Assembly (NCBI RefSeq): GCF_018350175.1
Contig: NC_058369.1
Span: 27,220,001 to 27,284,000, forward strand
DNA length: 64,000 bases
Source: Felis catus
Taxonomy: Eukaryota
Direction of reading: 5' to 3'
Shown here piece by piece: positions 49,130 to 61,045 of the stretch. The position numbers and the translations under genes were made by a program. The notes under the pieces were generated by a model, which saw nothing but the letters and a program-made list of their open reading frames with translations, had not been told where the DNA came from and ran no database searches. The first letter of the stretch is position 1. Each line of letters begins with the position of its first letter.

Positions 49130-49822
49130 ACAGCATTGACACAGTTGATGCCTTTCTTCCCAGAGACGGGTTCTGCAGTTAGCTTGTAGGGCAGCTCCTC
49201 CCTCTGCTTGGCTGGTTTTCCTTTTCTCCCCAAGTCTGGAAATATTGGAAAGCCCAGGGTATAGTCCTGGACTCTTGGTTCTTCCTCATTTACACTCCCT
49301 TCCTCAGAGATAGCACACAGCCTGTGCTGCTAAAGCCCTGTGTGTGCATGTTTATATTACTAGCCCAGTTTTCATTCCTGAACTCCACAGATGTATCTAC
49401 AAGCCTCTTCTTCAGTCTAGTAGATCTTGAACCTGGCAGATCCAAAGCAGAATTCCTGATTTTTTTCAATCCCCAAAACTTCTCCACACACATCCTTCCC
49501 CATCTTGATCACTGGAGGCAACGGACTTTATGGCTAATTCCCTCCCTTCCTTTAAGTCTTCAATGCTCCCTTCTCAAGGAAACCTGTTTCAGATTGTGCA
49601 GCCTACCTTTGGTACGTCTGGCTCCTCCTACTCTTATCAGTCTTCTTCCACAGCACTTCCTTCTAATACACAACATATTTTTATGTTTGCTCAGCATCTG
49701 CCTGCCCGCATTAGAATGTGAACTCCACGAGGGTTGAGGATACTTGTCTGTTTTATTTCCTAAGATACCCTGGGATTCAATATGAAGTACATAGTAGATA
49801 ATAAATGTTTGAATAAATAAAT
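49130..49822 (+). mobile_element. L2 LINE 3' region
   Basis: gcccagggtatagtcctggactc...cctgaactccacag...tccaaagcagaattcctgat...ttagaatgtgaactccacgaggg...ataaatgtttgaataaataa. Confidence 0.8.
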
Positions 49823-50081
49823 TCCAGTTGTCATTTGGCAAGGAACTCAAGAGAAGATGTGCTTCAAGGAACAAGCTTGTCATAAAAGCTCAAGTGTTAA
49901 TGCCCACTAATTAGTGACCATTAATTGGATTGAACCACAAACCATTGGGAGTATAAAGACAAGGAATGTCTTTAAAATGTACTTGGTATGTGGAAACACT
50001 GTTATAGTCAGGGAAGATCTTAAGGAAGATGTATGTTAATAAGTGTATATATAATGTGTTTATAGATTCATAGACACTTCT

Positions 50082-50289
50082 AATTTTTTTTTTTTTTTTT
50101 ACATTTATTTATTTTTGAGAGCACAAGTGGGGAAGGGGCAAAGAAAGAATGAGACACAGAATCCAAAGCAGGCTCCAGGCTCTGATCGGTCAGCATAGAG
50201 CCCGATGTGGGGCTTCAAGTCACAAACTGTGAGATCATGACCTGAGCCCAAGTTGGATGCCCAACCGACTGAGCCACTCAGGTGCCCCT
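50082..50289 (-). mobile_element. Can-SINE (SINEC_Fc)
   Basis: Poly(T) tail, SINE body, TSD tagacactt on both sides. Confidence 0.93.
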
Positions 50290-51144
50290 AGACACTTTTC
50301 TTCTGATCAGGAGTTTCATGTTTTGTTTGATAGGCCAAAAATTCTAGGGGATATCTACCTATTGAAGCATTCCACCAGCTTTCGGCTAGGGTTCCAAATT
50401 TAAAACAAAACAAAAAAAAAACCAGGTACTGCAGGCTTCTCCCTCTACTGATAGCTCATTTCCTAGTGTGTTGCTAATCTCCAGTTTTGCCCCAAAGATA
50501 GTATTTTAAAAACTTTCACACTGAGTTCCTTTGTGTATCAAAGACCAAGTTATTATCAAAATTATTACTCATGTTCTTTGTCATGCAAAAAAGCATAAGT
50601 AATGTTTTTAATAATGCAAGCCATTAAAAAGTGGATGGGCTGAATTCATTGTGTCTGTTTCTAGCCTGCTTTGGGAAAGAATTTTTCTCCACACAAAGGT
50701 GTAACCCCTTAATGCCTGCATGAGTCTTTCCCCCTGTTTTTCGATACAGAGTTGAACGTCCATTTCATTTAGAAACTCTGAGCTAAAGCGTCAGCCTTTC
50801 AAATCCCTGCCCCCAAGATGGAAAGGCATTGAAAGGAACAGTTTTACTGTGAGAAACAACTTTCTTTGGGGGAAAAAAAAAATTGCTTTGGAAGAAAATA
50901 AAAGTTCTGGATTGATTTTTAAGTGTGACTGAGACTCCTTTCTTCAAAATAGTCTAGGGGTAGGTTCTTCGGACAGGTGGTACTTGAGGAGTTAGGATGC
51001 CCTTCAGGATTGAGGCCTTTGCACTGGCAAGCTTGAAAGTGAGAATGTGGTACGTGTGGAACATGTACCCTTCATTTCCCTACACGATGCCAAAGCAGAC
51101 ATCGAGATCAGGAAATCCTTGTCCAGAGTCTCATGCTATTATCT

Positions 51145-51357
51145 TTAATTTTTAATTTTTTAAATGTTTATTTGTTTTTGAGAGAGAGCACAAATGTGTG
51201 GAAGGGGCAGAGAGAGAGAGGGAGACACGGAATCCGAAACAGGCTTCAGGCTCCTGGCTGTCAGCCCAGAGCCCGATGTGGGGCTCGAACCCATGGACTG
51301 TGAGATCACGATCTGAGCCAAAGTTCGATGCCCAACTGACTGAGCCACCCAGGAGCT
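51145..51357 (-). mobile_element. Can-SINE (SINEC_Fc)
   Basis: gagacacggaatccgaaacaggc...gactgagccacccagg. Confidence 0.92.
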
Positions 51358-51379
51358 ACCCACCCCCTACCCCCCTCCC

Positions 51380-51566
51380 TTTTTAAAAGTTTATTTGAGA
51401 GAGCATGAGCAGAGAGGTGCAGAGAGAGACAGAATCCCAAGCAGGCTGTGCTCTCTCAGCACAGGGCCTGATGCAGGTGGGGCTCAAACCCATGAAATGT
51501 GAGGTCATGACCTGAGCCGAAATCAAAAGTCTGAGGCTCAGCTGACTGAGCCACCCGGGTGCCCCC
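51380..51566 (-). mobile_element. Can-SINE (older subfamily)
   Basis: gaatcccaagcaggct...catgacctgagccgaaatc...ctgagccacccgggtgcccc. Confidence 0.9.
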
Positions 51567-52834
51567 ACAGTATTTTTTAAACGTGGTAGTCCAAGCAGCC
51601 ACCACCAGTCACATTGAATTGGCATGTGAAATTACCATAATGGATACAATTTTAAAAAGCAAAATATTTTTAAAAGATGGAGGGCAATTCAGGTGGACCA
51701 ACACCAAGTCAAGGCCAAATTCAGGTACCGCTGGTCGTTGCTGCTGTGTCACCAGCCTTCCTCAGTTCCAAAACTTGGGTTCCTGTACAGGCTGTTGACC
51801 AATACCTCGTGGCCTTCTCCGGGATGTCTCAAACCTTCAGAAAAGGCTTCAGAGCAAGACCCAGTGAGAGTGGTTACGCGAGCTTCCTCTTGGCTTACCC
51901 CAGGGTGCTTTGAACATCCTGGCCACACATAACCATCATCTTCATCCCAGGCTCTTCAAACATGTGACACACAGATGTGACAAGTCCTGAGTTTCCTTCA
52001 GAAGAATCAGGTGGCCTGCAGCTTTAATTCCTTTTCCAAATAGCAGTCTTTGTTCTAGTTAAGAGTCCCAGCCTATAAAGTAGTTACATAATGGGGGACT
52101 AGGCAAGAAGGCTGGGACTAGAATAGCTCTCCAGGGAGAGGAATGCGCATTGTAACTTTCTCAAACCCCAAATCTGTAAATGCTGCTTTGCTGTTGAAAG
52201 AAATTGCTGTTTATTTTTCCCTTCTAGTTTCAGAGAAGAAATGTGAAGGATCAAAAGAATGGATTTGCCTGGATGCTAGCGTGGCCTGATTAGGTTGGAA
52301 TTAGTCTTTTTCTCTCTTCACTGAGAGAAGCAGAGACCATCTGCGGGAATTATTCAAATTCGTGTGCCTTCCAGGGAAGCTGTTTTATTTGCCACTGCAT
52401 TTATTGTAGCACCAGGGAGCTTGACAGCCATTCCAAACTCTTGCCGCAATAGGCACCAGCCTTGCCTTTGGCCATTAGATTAACAAAAGGAAAAATTAAC
52501 TTTCCTCCAGCTGAAAATTAACACCTTAGATTAATTAAAAAGCAAATGTGATCAAGTCCCCTGGATCTTTCTCTGAAGGTCCCTTCTGCAGGGGCTTCAG
52601 GACTGCAGTGAAGCTTCTCAGCTCATGGCAGGGGGTGGGAATGTTTCATCAGGATTAATTTATAATGTAACTTGCCCAATGTGAATAGAAAGAAAACCAG
52701 TGGGAATCTAAACCCTCTCTTGCTCCACACAGAAGGGATGTCACTGCTGTTTGTTTTGGAGATGGGGAGGGAGCTAAGATATGCGTGTGTGCTGCATGCT
52801 TCATTCTCAGGTCACCTTCTGTCCACATCCCAGG

Positions 52835-52985
52835 TGCCCCAGGTACTATCTGTGTGACCTTGGGCACCTACTCCATTTCTCCAAAACTTTTCTCATCAAG
52901 GAAATGGGAATAAATAACAAAGCCTACAAGCCACGGATCCCTTAGCATATAATAGGCACTCATTAGATGGCAGTCCTCATTGTCA
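52835..52985 (+). mobile_element. MIR remnant
   Basis: ctatctgtgtgaccttgggcacc...ttttctcatcaaggaaatgggaataaataac. Confidence 0.6.
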
Positions 52986-53669
52986 GCATATTAATGAAGA
53001 CTGTGTGGTTAGAGGTGCTTTGACACTTCTTACTGATCTTACAAACACAGGTGATGTTGACAATTATCTGTTATTACTTGGTCTTTGGGACCAATACTCT
53101 TAATAGTTTTAATTATGCTTTTGCTGCCTGCAGTTTTGTTAGGAGGGATCTGGTTTGACAAACCTCAACATCTAATAGACTATGTCACAGCAGATTTCCT
53201 TCCATTTTTGCTTCTTCTTTGAAGATGTAGAAACATTGCTTCTTTCTTAATTCTTTCAACTACAAATTTGGCATCTTCTGGACTCTTTCACGTGGCATTG
53301 AAAGCTTTTTCTGCCTCAACCCATGGACCATAAAATACCCTGGCCACACTGAAATGTCTACATTTTTCAAACCATTAGGGATTTTTCAACTCTCTGCTTT
53401 GACTCATACGAGTTTCTCTGTCTTTGAGACCTTTTCTCCCCTCTGGGTCTGGGATCTGGGATCTGGAAAACTCCTCTTTACCCTGAGAGGTAACCCCACC
53501 CCAAAAACCCATCTCTTTGTCTCTGATGCTCTCCTCTGATCTTAATCCACATCTTGCTTGGTCTCATTCTTCTCTACGGGAACGTTTCTCCTTACATTCT
53601 GTTGCCTTTTAGTTTTGTGTATGACAATAACAATATCACTAAGGTAGTTAATTTATGGGGCAAAATCAC

Positions 53670-53905
53670 TCTCCACAGTTCGTAGAATATGACCATGTAC
53701 TAGGCATGATGTGAAGAACGTACTTATGTATGCTTTCCAACAACTTCATGAGGTGAAAACTAGGACTTTCTGTAGTTGGCAAATGGGGAAACTGAGTCTC
53801 AGATGTACTTGCCACAGTCCCACAGCCAGCCTGTGGTAGGGGAAGGGCTGGAACATGGGCCAGTTTGTCTCTCAAGACCATACTTCAAGACACGTGCTAT
53901 GCTTC
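53670..53905 (-). mobile_element. MIR remnant
   Basis: catgtactaggcatg...caacaacttcatgaggt...gcaaatggggaaactgagtctcag...acttgcc. Confidence 0.7.
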
Positions 53906-54189
53906 CCAGGTGTTGCCAGGACAATTCCATTCTATTATGATGCTCATGTCGGTCCCTCTTTTTAAAATTGTATGTCCTCTGTGGTCTAGGCATGGCTCAT
54001 CTGTCATTTCATTCCCTCGGCCTTGCACGAGCCTGCTACCTGGTGGGTACCTAAAGTGTGGTGGAAGGATTGAATTGGGTATGTGGGGGCTAGCAGAGAC
54101 CAGAGTTGAGGACAGTGGCCCCCTACTCTCTGCAATATGACACAGTCCCATAAGGACATCAGTTTGTGTGTCCCTCAATGACTAATGAT

Positions 54190-54660
54190 TCTCAGTCTTC
54201 CTGAGCACATTAAGACACGATTAAATTCTGTCAGCTCAGCTCTCCTGCCTTCTAAATTAGAGCAGCAAGCATGGTTTCTCTGCTCAAGTCACGTTTTCCT
54301 GCAGCAGATTCCATTCAACCTCCTGACACCAATTTGTGTGATATTTCAGCGTTTAGCACGCACACAGGAAAATGGTATTCCCGCTTGTGTCCTCTAGGCA
54401 GACAGCCCACTTTGAGGTTCAGCCATGTGGTTTGCCCTCGCCCCAAGTCTGGCCTACTCTATTGAAATTCTCCTCCCGAAATTCACTCATTAAACTCTCC
54501 CATGATCCATCACGATGAAACTGATTATCGCAGTGTTGTCTTTTACCATTATTAATCTTTGGAGATTGATGCTCGCTGGTGCTTCTGACTGACTCACATG
54601 ATTTCAGCTATTAATCTTTATCTCAATCAAATTATTTACTGTTTTAACTTGGAAGGTCTT
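54190..54660. promoter_or_regulatory. Candidate conserved non-coding element / developmental enhancer
   Basis: Repeat-free; duplicated TATTAATCTTT (54550, 54609), TGACTCA (54590), TCAATCAA, retained CpGs. Confidence 0.4.
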
Positions 54661-54899
54661 GCTGCCTCTGGGGCTGAATCTTATCAGCTCTGATGGCTTC
54701 ACAGTGAAAACTATTTTTTTTTTTAAATCCCATCAACTTTTTGGTTTGCAAACAACTTCTACCCACAAGAATTCCTGGATCGCCATGTTGTTTACTGGAG
54801 TCCCTTTCCAAACACTATTTTCTCCACCTTTTTGTCTGTCCTCCTCCTTCATGGGGGCCAATTAAATATGGTACCTGAGAAATGACCTTCAAAATCTTT

Positions 54900-55242
54900 C
54901 CAATCACGTACCTAATTCACAGGAGGCTACTGCAGTGGACATAATCTATCATGGTTTTGCACCACAACCACACCTCCTACAAACTACTCATGGCTAATAA
55001 CTCAAAGTGTTGGGAATACTAAGGCAGACCTATTCCTGGAAGACAAGAGACTTACTTGTTTCCTGTTTTGGTGCTAAGACTCCCCTATGACTTTGCAGAA
55101 CGTGCCTTAGACTGCAGGGCAGTCTGGAACACTCTGACCCGATCTTCTCTCCCTCTCTAGTTCACTCGGGGTCAGATTGCAGCATGGTCTGATAGCTCTC
55201 CAGTACTGTTCCAGCTTCCTTTCTGAGGATCTAGACTAACAA
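54900..55242 (+). mobile_element. ERVL LTR, LTR16-like
   Basis: gggaatactaaggcagacctattcctgg...ttcactcggggtcagattgcagcatggtctga...ttctgaggatctagactaaca. Confidence 0.65.
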
Positions 55243-57039
55243 CTCTCTCCAGACAGAGACCTGGCTGCACCTGGAGAGTTTAACTTTAATGGAGAATGAT
55301 ATTAACGGGATGAGAGCAATCGGTATATCAAAAACCAATAATCTCTCAAGGAGAAAAATGAATCAGTAAAATTATTAGCAGAATAAAATTGAAATAGTTT
55401 CTAAGACAGGGCATGCAGCATTTGTTATTTTAGGGATTCAGTAGACGGAACACTGCCTAATTAACCTGATTAAGATTCGCTATATTCATGAGGATGCATT
55501 CACATACTTCTCAAACAATTGGAGGTCAAAGGTGGGAAAGAGACATGACAAATACTATAAAATAGGCTACAGTACAGTATGTACCCTGAGTTATCCTGCA
55601 GATAATCATGTGTTTTTTATTTTGTATCTGGGTGATTTTATTTATTTATTTTTTAATTAAGAGATGTAAGCTGCTTTCAGGCTTATGTGATAATAAAGGA
55701 GATCTAAAAGGATGGAGATAACAGTCTTAAGAAGACTAAATTTCAGGAAACTAATGCCCTGCTTCACCTGTTGGGGACTGGCTGAATGAAAGTCTGATCT
55801 GATAGAACCTTGACCTTGGAGGAAGGAAACTTGGAGTCTAGTCCACAATAAGCCAGTAATTCATACCTGTTGTACAGTGAGGTAGGATGGGCCAGCTGAG
55901 TGTGACACGCCCTTCCAGTGAATCTTCATAGATTCTTCCTGCAGAATCTAGCAGGAACCTCAACTCATTGGCTATTGAAGGTTTGTGTTGATGAGTAGTG
56001 TTTCATGTCTAGAAAGCCGAACATCCCTGAATGATTCCAGAATGTTCAAAATGAATAAAATTCAAGATATACACATGTTGGCCAGCTAAAAGTATAGAAA
56101 GGGGATTTAAAAAAGGGCATAATCCCAGCTGTCTTCCAGAAAGCAGATTTCATGGGATGACTTACTCAAGGTTGTTCATGGAGCTTCTGCTATGTTTTAG
56201 GCACTGTGCTGGGTATCAGCATTGTTTGGGGATCACTCTGTTAGCATATTTCCGTAGATGAGTCCAAATCCCTGGTTAGCTAGTACCCTGGCAGTCCTCC
56301 TCCTTCTAGTCAAAGCAGAAAGAGACAGTTTGAGTAGTGGAGTAGTGGTGGAGAATGAATTCAGCTCTTCTCTGCGTGAAGCCCACACCTTCAAAGGTGG
56401 AACTCACTTCCTATCTGAGGAATGAAGTGTATACAGATCCAAACTAAAAGCTTTCTATCATACTGTCTTTTAACATTTCTTGCTGCTTTTAGAAAGGGGA
56501 GAGAGAATTGGATTCGGTGACACCACTTCTAATGGAGTCTTTACCTTTGATGGTTTTTGAAGGAAGGATCATTGTACGTGCTCGCTATGAAATACTTTCT
56601 TTCTCGAAATGTCAGTTTGCTTTTTTCCAGTTACAGACAGGGATTCGTATAGGGCGCTGTGATCCTGGGGTCTGGAGCGGATGTACTGGTGGTTCCAAGG
56701 AGGCCTCTGCCCATACAGTGAAAATTTTCAAGGATGGTTCCCCTGCTTGTGGTGGTCTGAGTCTGTCTCAGGCCCTCTGAAGCCCTGGATTTTACCAGTC
56801 TGGCATCTCACTGCCTTTCCACCTCTTCCAGGCAACACTGCATTGCAGGGGAGTCAGACAGGGAAACCAGTCAGCCATCCTAACTCTCATGGAGCTAACC
56901 TCTGATGCCAGTAACTAACTGGTTGGTTATAGCTGGCTCGATGCTCTCTCCAGTCACCCAAAACATTCCCCCCACTCGGAACCCCCTTCCCTGGGTCTCT
57001 AGGAGAGCTGAATTCACCTCGCTACCATATTCTGTTTTG

Positions 57040-58330
57040 AAGTTAGCATTTAATACATTTGTCAGTACTGATTACACAATTATTTCAGGCTCTCTGAAAA
57101 AAGCTTGGCAAATATACAAAAGCACCAGGAAGAAAAACATTCTTTCATCTTTCTATGACAAATACATATTTTTTCCCCTTTTTTCTACATCAGGGATCTT
57201 ATTGCCCATACTGTGATGTTACTACTTTATACTCAATACTGCATTTTCCATATTTCCTTGCCTTACATCTTTTATAAGAGGAGTTTTAGAACTGCATGTC
57301 ATTTTATAGGTTGGATGTGCCACACCCTATTTAACCACACTCCTGTTAGATGTTTGGAGTATTTTCCCCCTCTAACATTTGTCTTCTCTGTCAGGTCTGA
57401 ACTGTGTTCAGCTCTTTTTGCACATCCGTGATATTTTTTCCAAAGATAAAATCTTCAAAGTAAGGTTGTTGCCTTCTAGAGAGTGGATTTCATGGCATCC
57501 ATGGGGGGAAAAAAGGCTATTTTACAAGTTTTGTGGATTTACATCATCTACACCTGTTAGAGGAGGACCCTTGGATTAAATTCGCCGGCATGCTGCAGGT
57601 GGCCACAACAGTGGTGGTTTCTAACACTGGTTAATTTGATAGGTCAAAATGGGTTCCTCATTGTCATAAACACTTTGACTGTTATTGAACCTGAATTTTT
57701 TAAGTGTTTTCCTTTTAGGTTCACTGGATTTTTGTGTGTTTCCCTTTATTTTTTCTATTTTACTTGTCATGCTTTATGTATTGTCCACTGTAATTAAAGT
57801 ATCATTTTTATTGGCTTGTAAACTCTTAATTAACATAGCAGAGAGTTCATAGCCATTTGGCTTTTCTATTTTAACAATAAAATTTTTATATTTCATTTTA
57901 ATAAGGCCAGATATTCCTAAAATCTTTGTCATGTTCTCTTCCTTTGCTTTCTGATTACCTTACGCTGAGAGGGAATAAATGTAAACTATGTTCCCTTTTC
58001 GATCTTCTGATTGAATTATTTTAAACTTTCTCTGACCTGAATTTTCTTTGATGTATAAGGGGAGTAGCTGTTCAACATTTTGAGGTGGGGAGGGATCTAA
58101 GTACCAATTATGAAATATCTCCTTTAGGAATTTAAATGCTGCCTTTTGACTATATTGACTATGTACATCAATATTTAATTCCACCCAGCTACCCTTGGGT
58201 CAATACAATCATTTTAGTTACTGTAAATTTTAAATATATTTTAACATCTAGCACTTCACATTCCTTGGATTTTTCTTTTTAATTTGGAAATTATCACTTA
58301 AATTCTACTTTTCTTCTGTTTAACATGTGA
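57040..58330 (-). mobile_element. Very old L1 (L1ME-like) remnants
   Basis: T-rich; ttggatgtgccacaccctatttaaccacactcctgttagatgtttggag, ttaatttgataggtcaaaatggg, ttctttgatgtataagg. Confidence 0.5.
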
Positions 58331-58528
58331 GTTTTCCCTTTTGATTATTGTTGGAAATGTTCCTTGGGTGCTTAAGCTTACCTCTTGAGTTAGCTTGCTC
58401 TCGGATTTCCCTGCCTTACCCTTCACTACCTTACACAACATAAGCCTTCCATTTCAGACCACAAACCTCTTTGAGTGTTAATACCTATTAACACCAAACA
58501 CCAGTAAGCGTTAATAATCCTTATTCTT

Positions 58529-58741
58529 GGGGCGCCTGGGTAGCTCAGTCCGTTGAGCGTCCGACTTTGGCTCAGGTCATGATCTCGCGGTCCGTGAGTT
58601 CGAGCCCCGCGTCGGGCTCTGGGCTGATGGCTCAGAGCCTGGAGCCTGTTTCGGATTCTGTGTCTCCCTCTCTCTCTGCCCCTCCCCCGTTCATGCTCTG
58701 TCTCTCTCTGTCTCAAAAATAAATAAACATTACAAAAATAA
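58529..58741 (+). mobile_element. Young feline Can-SINE (SINEC_Fc)
   Basis: CpG-rich; perfect TSD taataatccttattctt (58512-58528 / 58742-58758). Confidence 0.97.
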
Positions 58742-59394
58742 TAATAATCCTTATTCTTACCTTTCCCATTCCTACTGTATTTCTACCCTTCTCCTTCTAA
58801 TTGTTTAATGTATGTCTTTCAACCTAGACAGTTCAATAGCTCAAACCTTTGGGAAAGGTATACTTACTTTTCAAGTTAGAACTTCTTGTATTTTTTGTTT
58901 TTCATACCGTGGGATTTGGAAAGTACCTACATATTCTCAAAACTGAAGGGCACCAATGTGAGCAGTGATCTCAAACTGCAATTTGCCACATACCTCCCCT
59001 TGATCTCAGTGGAGGGAAACAAATGTCTATCTCCCAGGTTTGCATTCCCTGCAACAGCTTGGTGATCCATTCTACAAACTACCATATGGACTATAGTGCT
59101 CATGTACACAGAAACTATATTTCTCTCCTACTCTCTTCTACAAGTGGAATAATAGGTTTTACATCAAAATCAAATGTAATACTGTGAAACATTATCAGGT
59201 GCTTTTAATAAATTAGCATACATGTTTTGCAAGTAAGTTTCCTATCCTCTTTTCACATTCCCCCTGCCACTTGCTCTTTCAGTGACCCAGAGTGTCTGTC
59301 ACTGTCCACTCTTACCTAGATGCTGTGAGTTAGTGTAGACATCTTCTAAGAAGAGGACAACATCATGGGTGAGAGCATGAGTTTAAACTTGATC

Positions 59395-59590
59395 TATACA
59401 AGGCAGATAGTAAACACGTTTGACTTTTTATGTGCCGCAAGTCTCTTTTGCAAGCCATCTCTATCATTATAGTGAAACACAGAGACAACATGTAAATGAA
59501 TGAGTATGGCTGTGTTTCAGTCGAACTTTATTTACAAAAATAGATACCAGGCTGGGTTTGGTCCCTGACATGTGGTTTGCTGACCACTGG
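59395..59590. mobile_element. MER58A fragment
   Basis: gcagatagtaaacacgtttgac...atgtaaatgaatgagtatggctgtgtttcagtcgaactttatttacaaaaa...gtttgctgaccactg. Confidence 0.8.
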
Positions 59591-59591
59591 T

Positions 59592-59830
59592 TAGAGGTGC
59601 AGGTTCTGGAGCCCAGTTACCTGAGAATGAGCATCTGTTCACTAGTTTCTAGGTATGTGATCTAGGGTAAGTTTCTTACTGCCTTGTGCCACAAAAATAG
59701 GGCATTCGTAAAATGAGGATGATTATAAAATATGCTTTACAGGGTCCCTTTGAGGATTGAAGGAATTAGTACAGGTAAAGCTTCTGGAATTTATGTGCCT
59801 GGGAACATAATAAGCCCTAAACTCAATGTT
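59592..59830 (+). mobile_element. MIR
   Basis: ttctggagcccagttacctgag...ggtatgtgatctagggtaagtttctta...gtaaaatgaggatgat...tttgaggattga. Confidence 0.7.
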
Positions 59831-60149
59831 GAATGTTGTGTTAGTTGGAGGCCAGTGCACTACATAGACACTGAGAGAACATTTGCAGCTTTTCCTTTCT
59901 CTTAACTTCTATTGTTTAAGCCTTGGGTCCTCTCCCAGCCCTCCCCAGAGTAAAATCTTTAAGGAAATGCCAGTGGAGAGGTATAACTGCTGTCTGTGCT
60001 GTTGTTTTATTTCCAGAAGGGAACATTGCAGTGGCAACAGAGGGTCTTTCCAGGATACTTTGTAACACAAAAAAACAAGGTCGGCTTTGTTATAGCTGCA
60101 GAAAATCTCATTGCTTGTATTTCTTTTCACATGGTTTGCCAGTCAAGAT

Positions 60150-60500
60150 CTATTTACTCCATGGTTTCTTGGCTAATTATTTCCAGCATGGCACTGATTG
60201 AGCTGTTAATAAAGTGTGAAGGTGCCTTGCAGATACATTCTGAGCCTTAAAGAAGCCATCTACATCTCAAACTGCAAACTGCTGTGTCCTCGATCCCTCC
60301 AATATTCTGGCGATAGCATCTCCAATTGTAAAATTAATCAAACTTCTTTCAGTGACAGAAATGTTAATTTAAAATTTTTGTCACAATTACCGGGAGTGTT
60401 ATTGCAGCTTCTGACTTGTAATTAATTTCTCCTTCCCTTTTTCCATCACTGGGTTAGTCTCCTTTGTAATAGTGATAAATGAAATAGCTGCCTGACCTTT
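60150..60500. promoter_or_regulatory. Candidate conserved non-coding element / developmental enhancer
   Basis: Repeat-free; TGATTGA (60195), TGACAG (60353), several TAAT/ATTA cores, retained CpGs. Confidence 0.4.
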
Positions 60501-60892
60501 TTTTTTTTATTTAAAATAAATTACTTTACAAGAAAAAAATTACCTCTAGGTAATCAACACCTTCAGATAAACAGGGGAACATGGGGCATTAGGTACTTTA
60601 TTGTGTCTCTCTGTCTTTCTATCTTTTTAATTTGTGTGTCTTCAGTGATTGAAATGACAAATGGAGAAAGAGTACCATGAGTCTACTTTTATGGCTGTGT
60701 TCCCATGTGGAACTAATTTGGGTTGCGGTGTTGGTTTTTATGGATGCTGGGGAATACCAGCAAAATCAGAGTGCGATACTAAGACATTGTAAATTAGAAT
60801 AAAAGAAACCCGCAGGGAAAAGAGGAAATGAGATGTTATGTTTACTTGAGCAATAATTAGAAAGTGTAGTGCCCCCTCAGTGTGAACAAGCC

Positions 60893-61045
60893 CCTCACTA
60901 CTCCCAGTGTGGGCTCAGACTAGATGCACGGTGGCCCCCCGGGGAGCTTGCCAGAAATGCAGGATCTCAGGCACAGCCCCAGTCCCACTGAATCAAACAA
61001 ATCCTCCTGTAACCTGTGTACGTACTAGAACTTGTAAAACACTGA
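60893..61045. mobile_element. MER5A-like hAT MITE
   Basis: ctactcccagtgtggg...gggagcttgccagaaatgcaggatctcagg...cccactgaatca...aaacactg. Confidence 0.65.
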
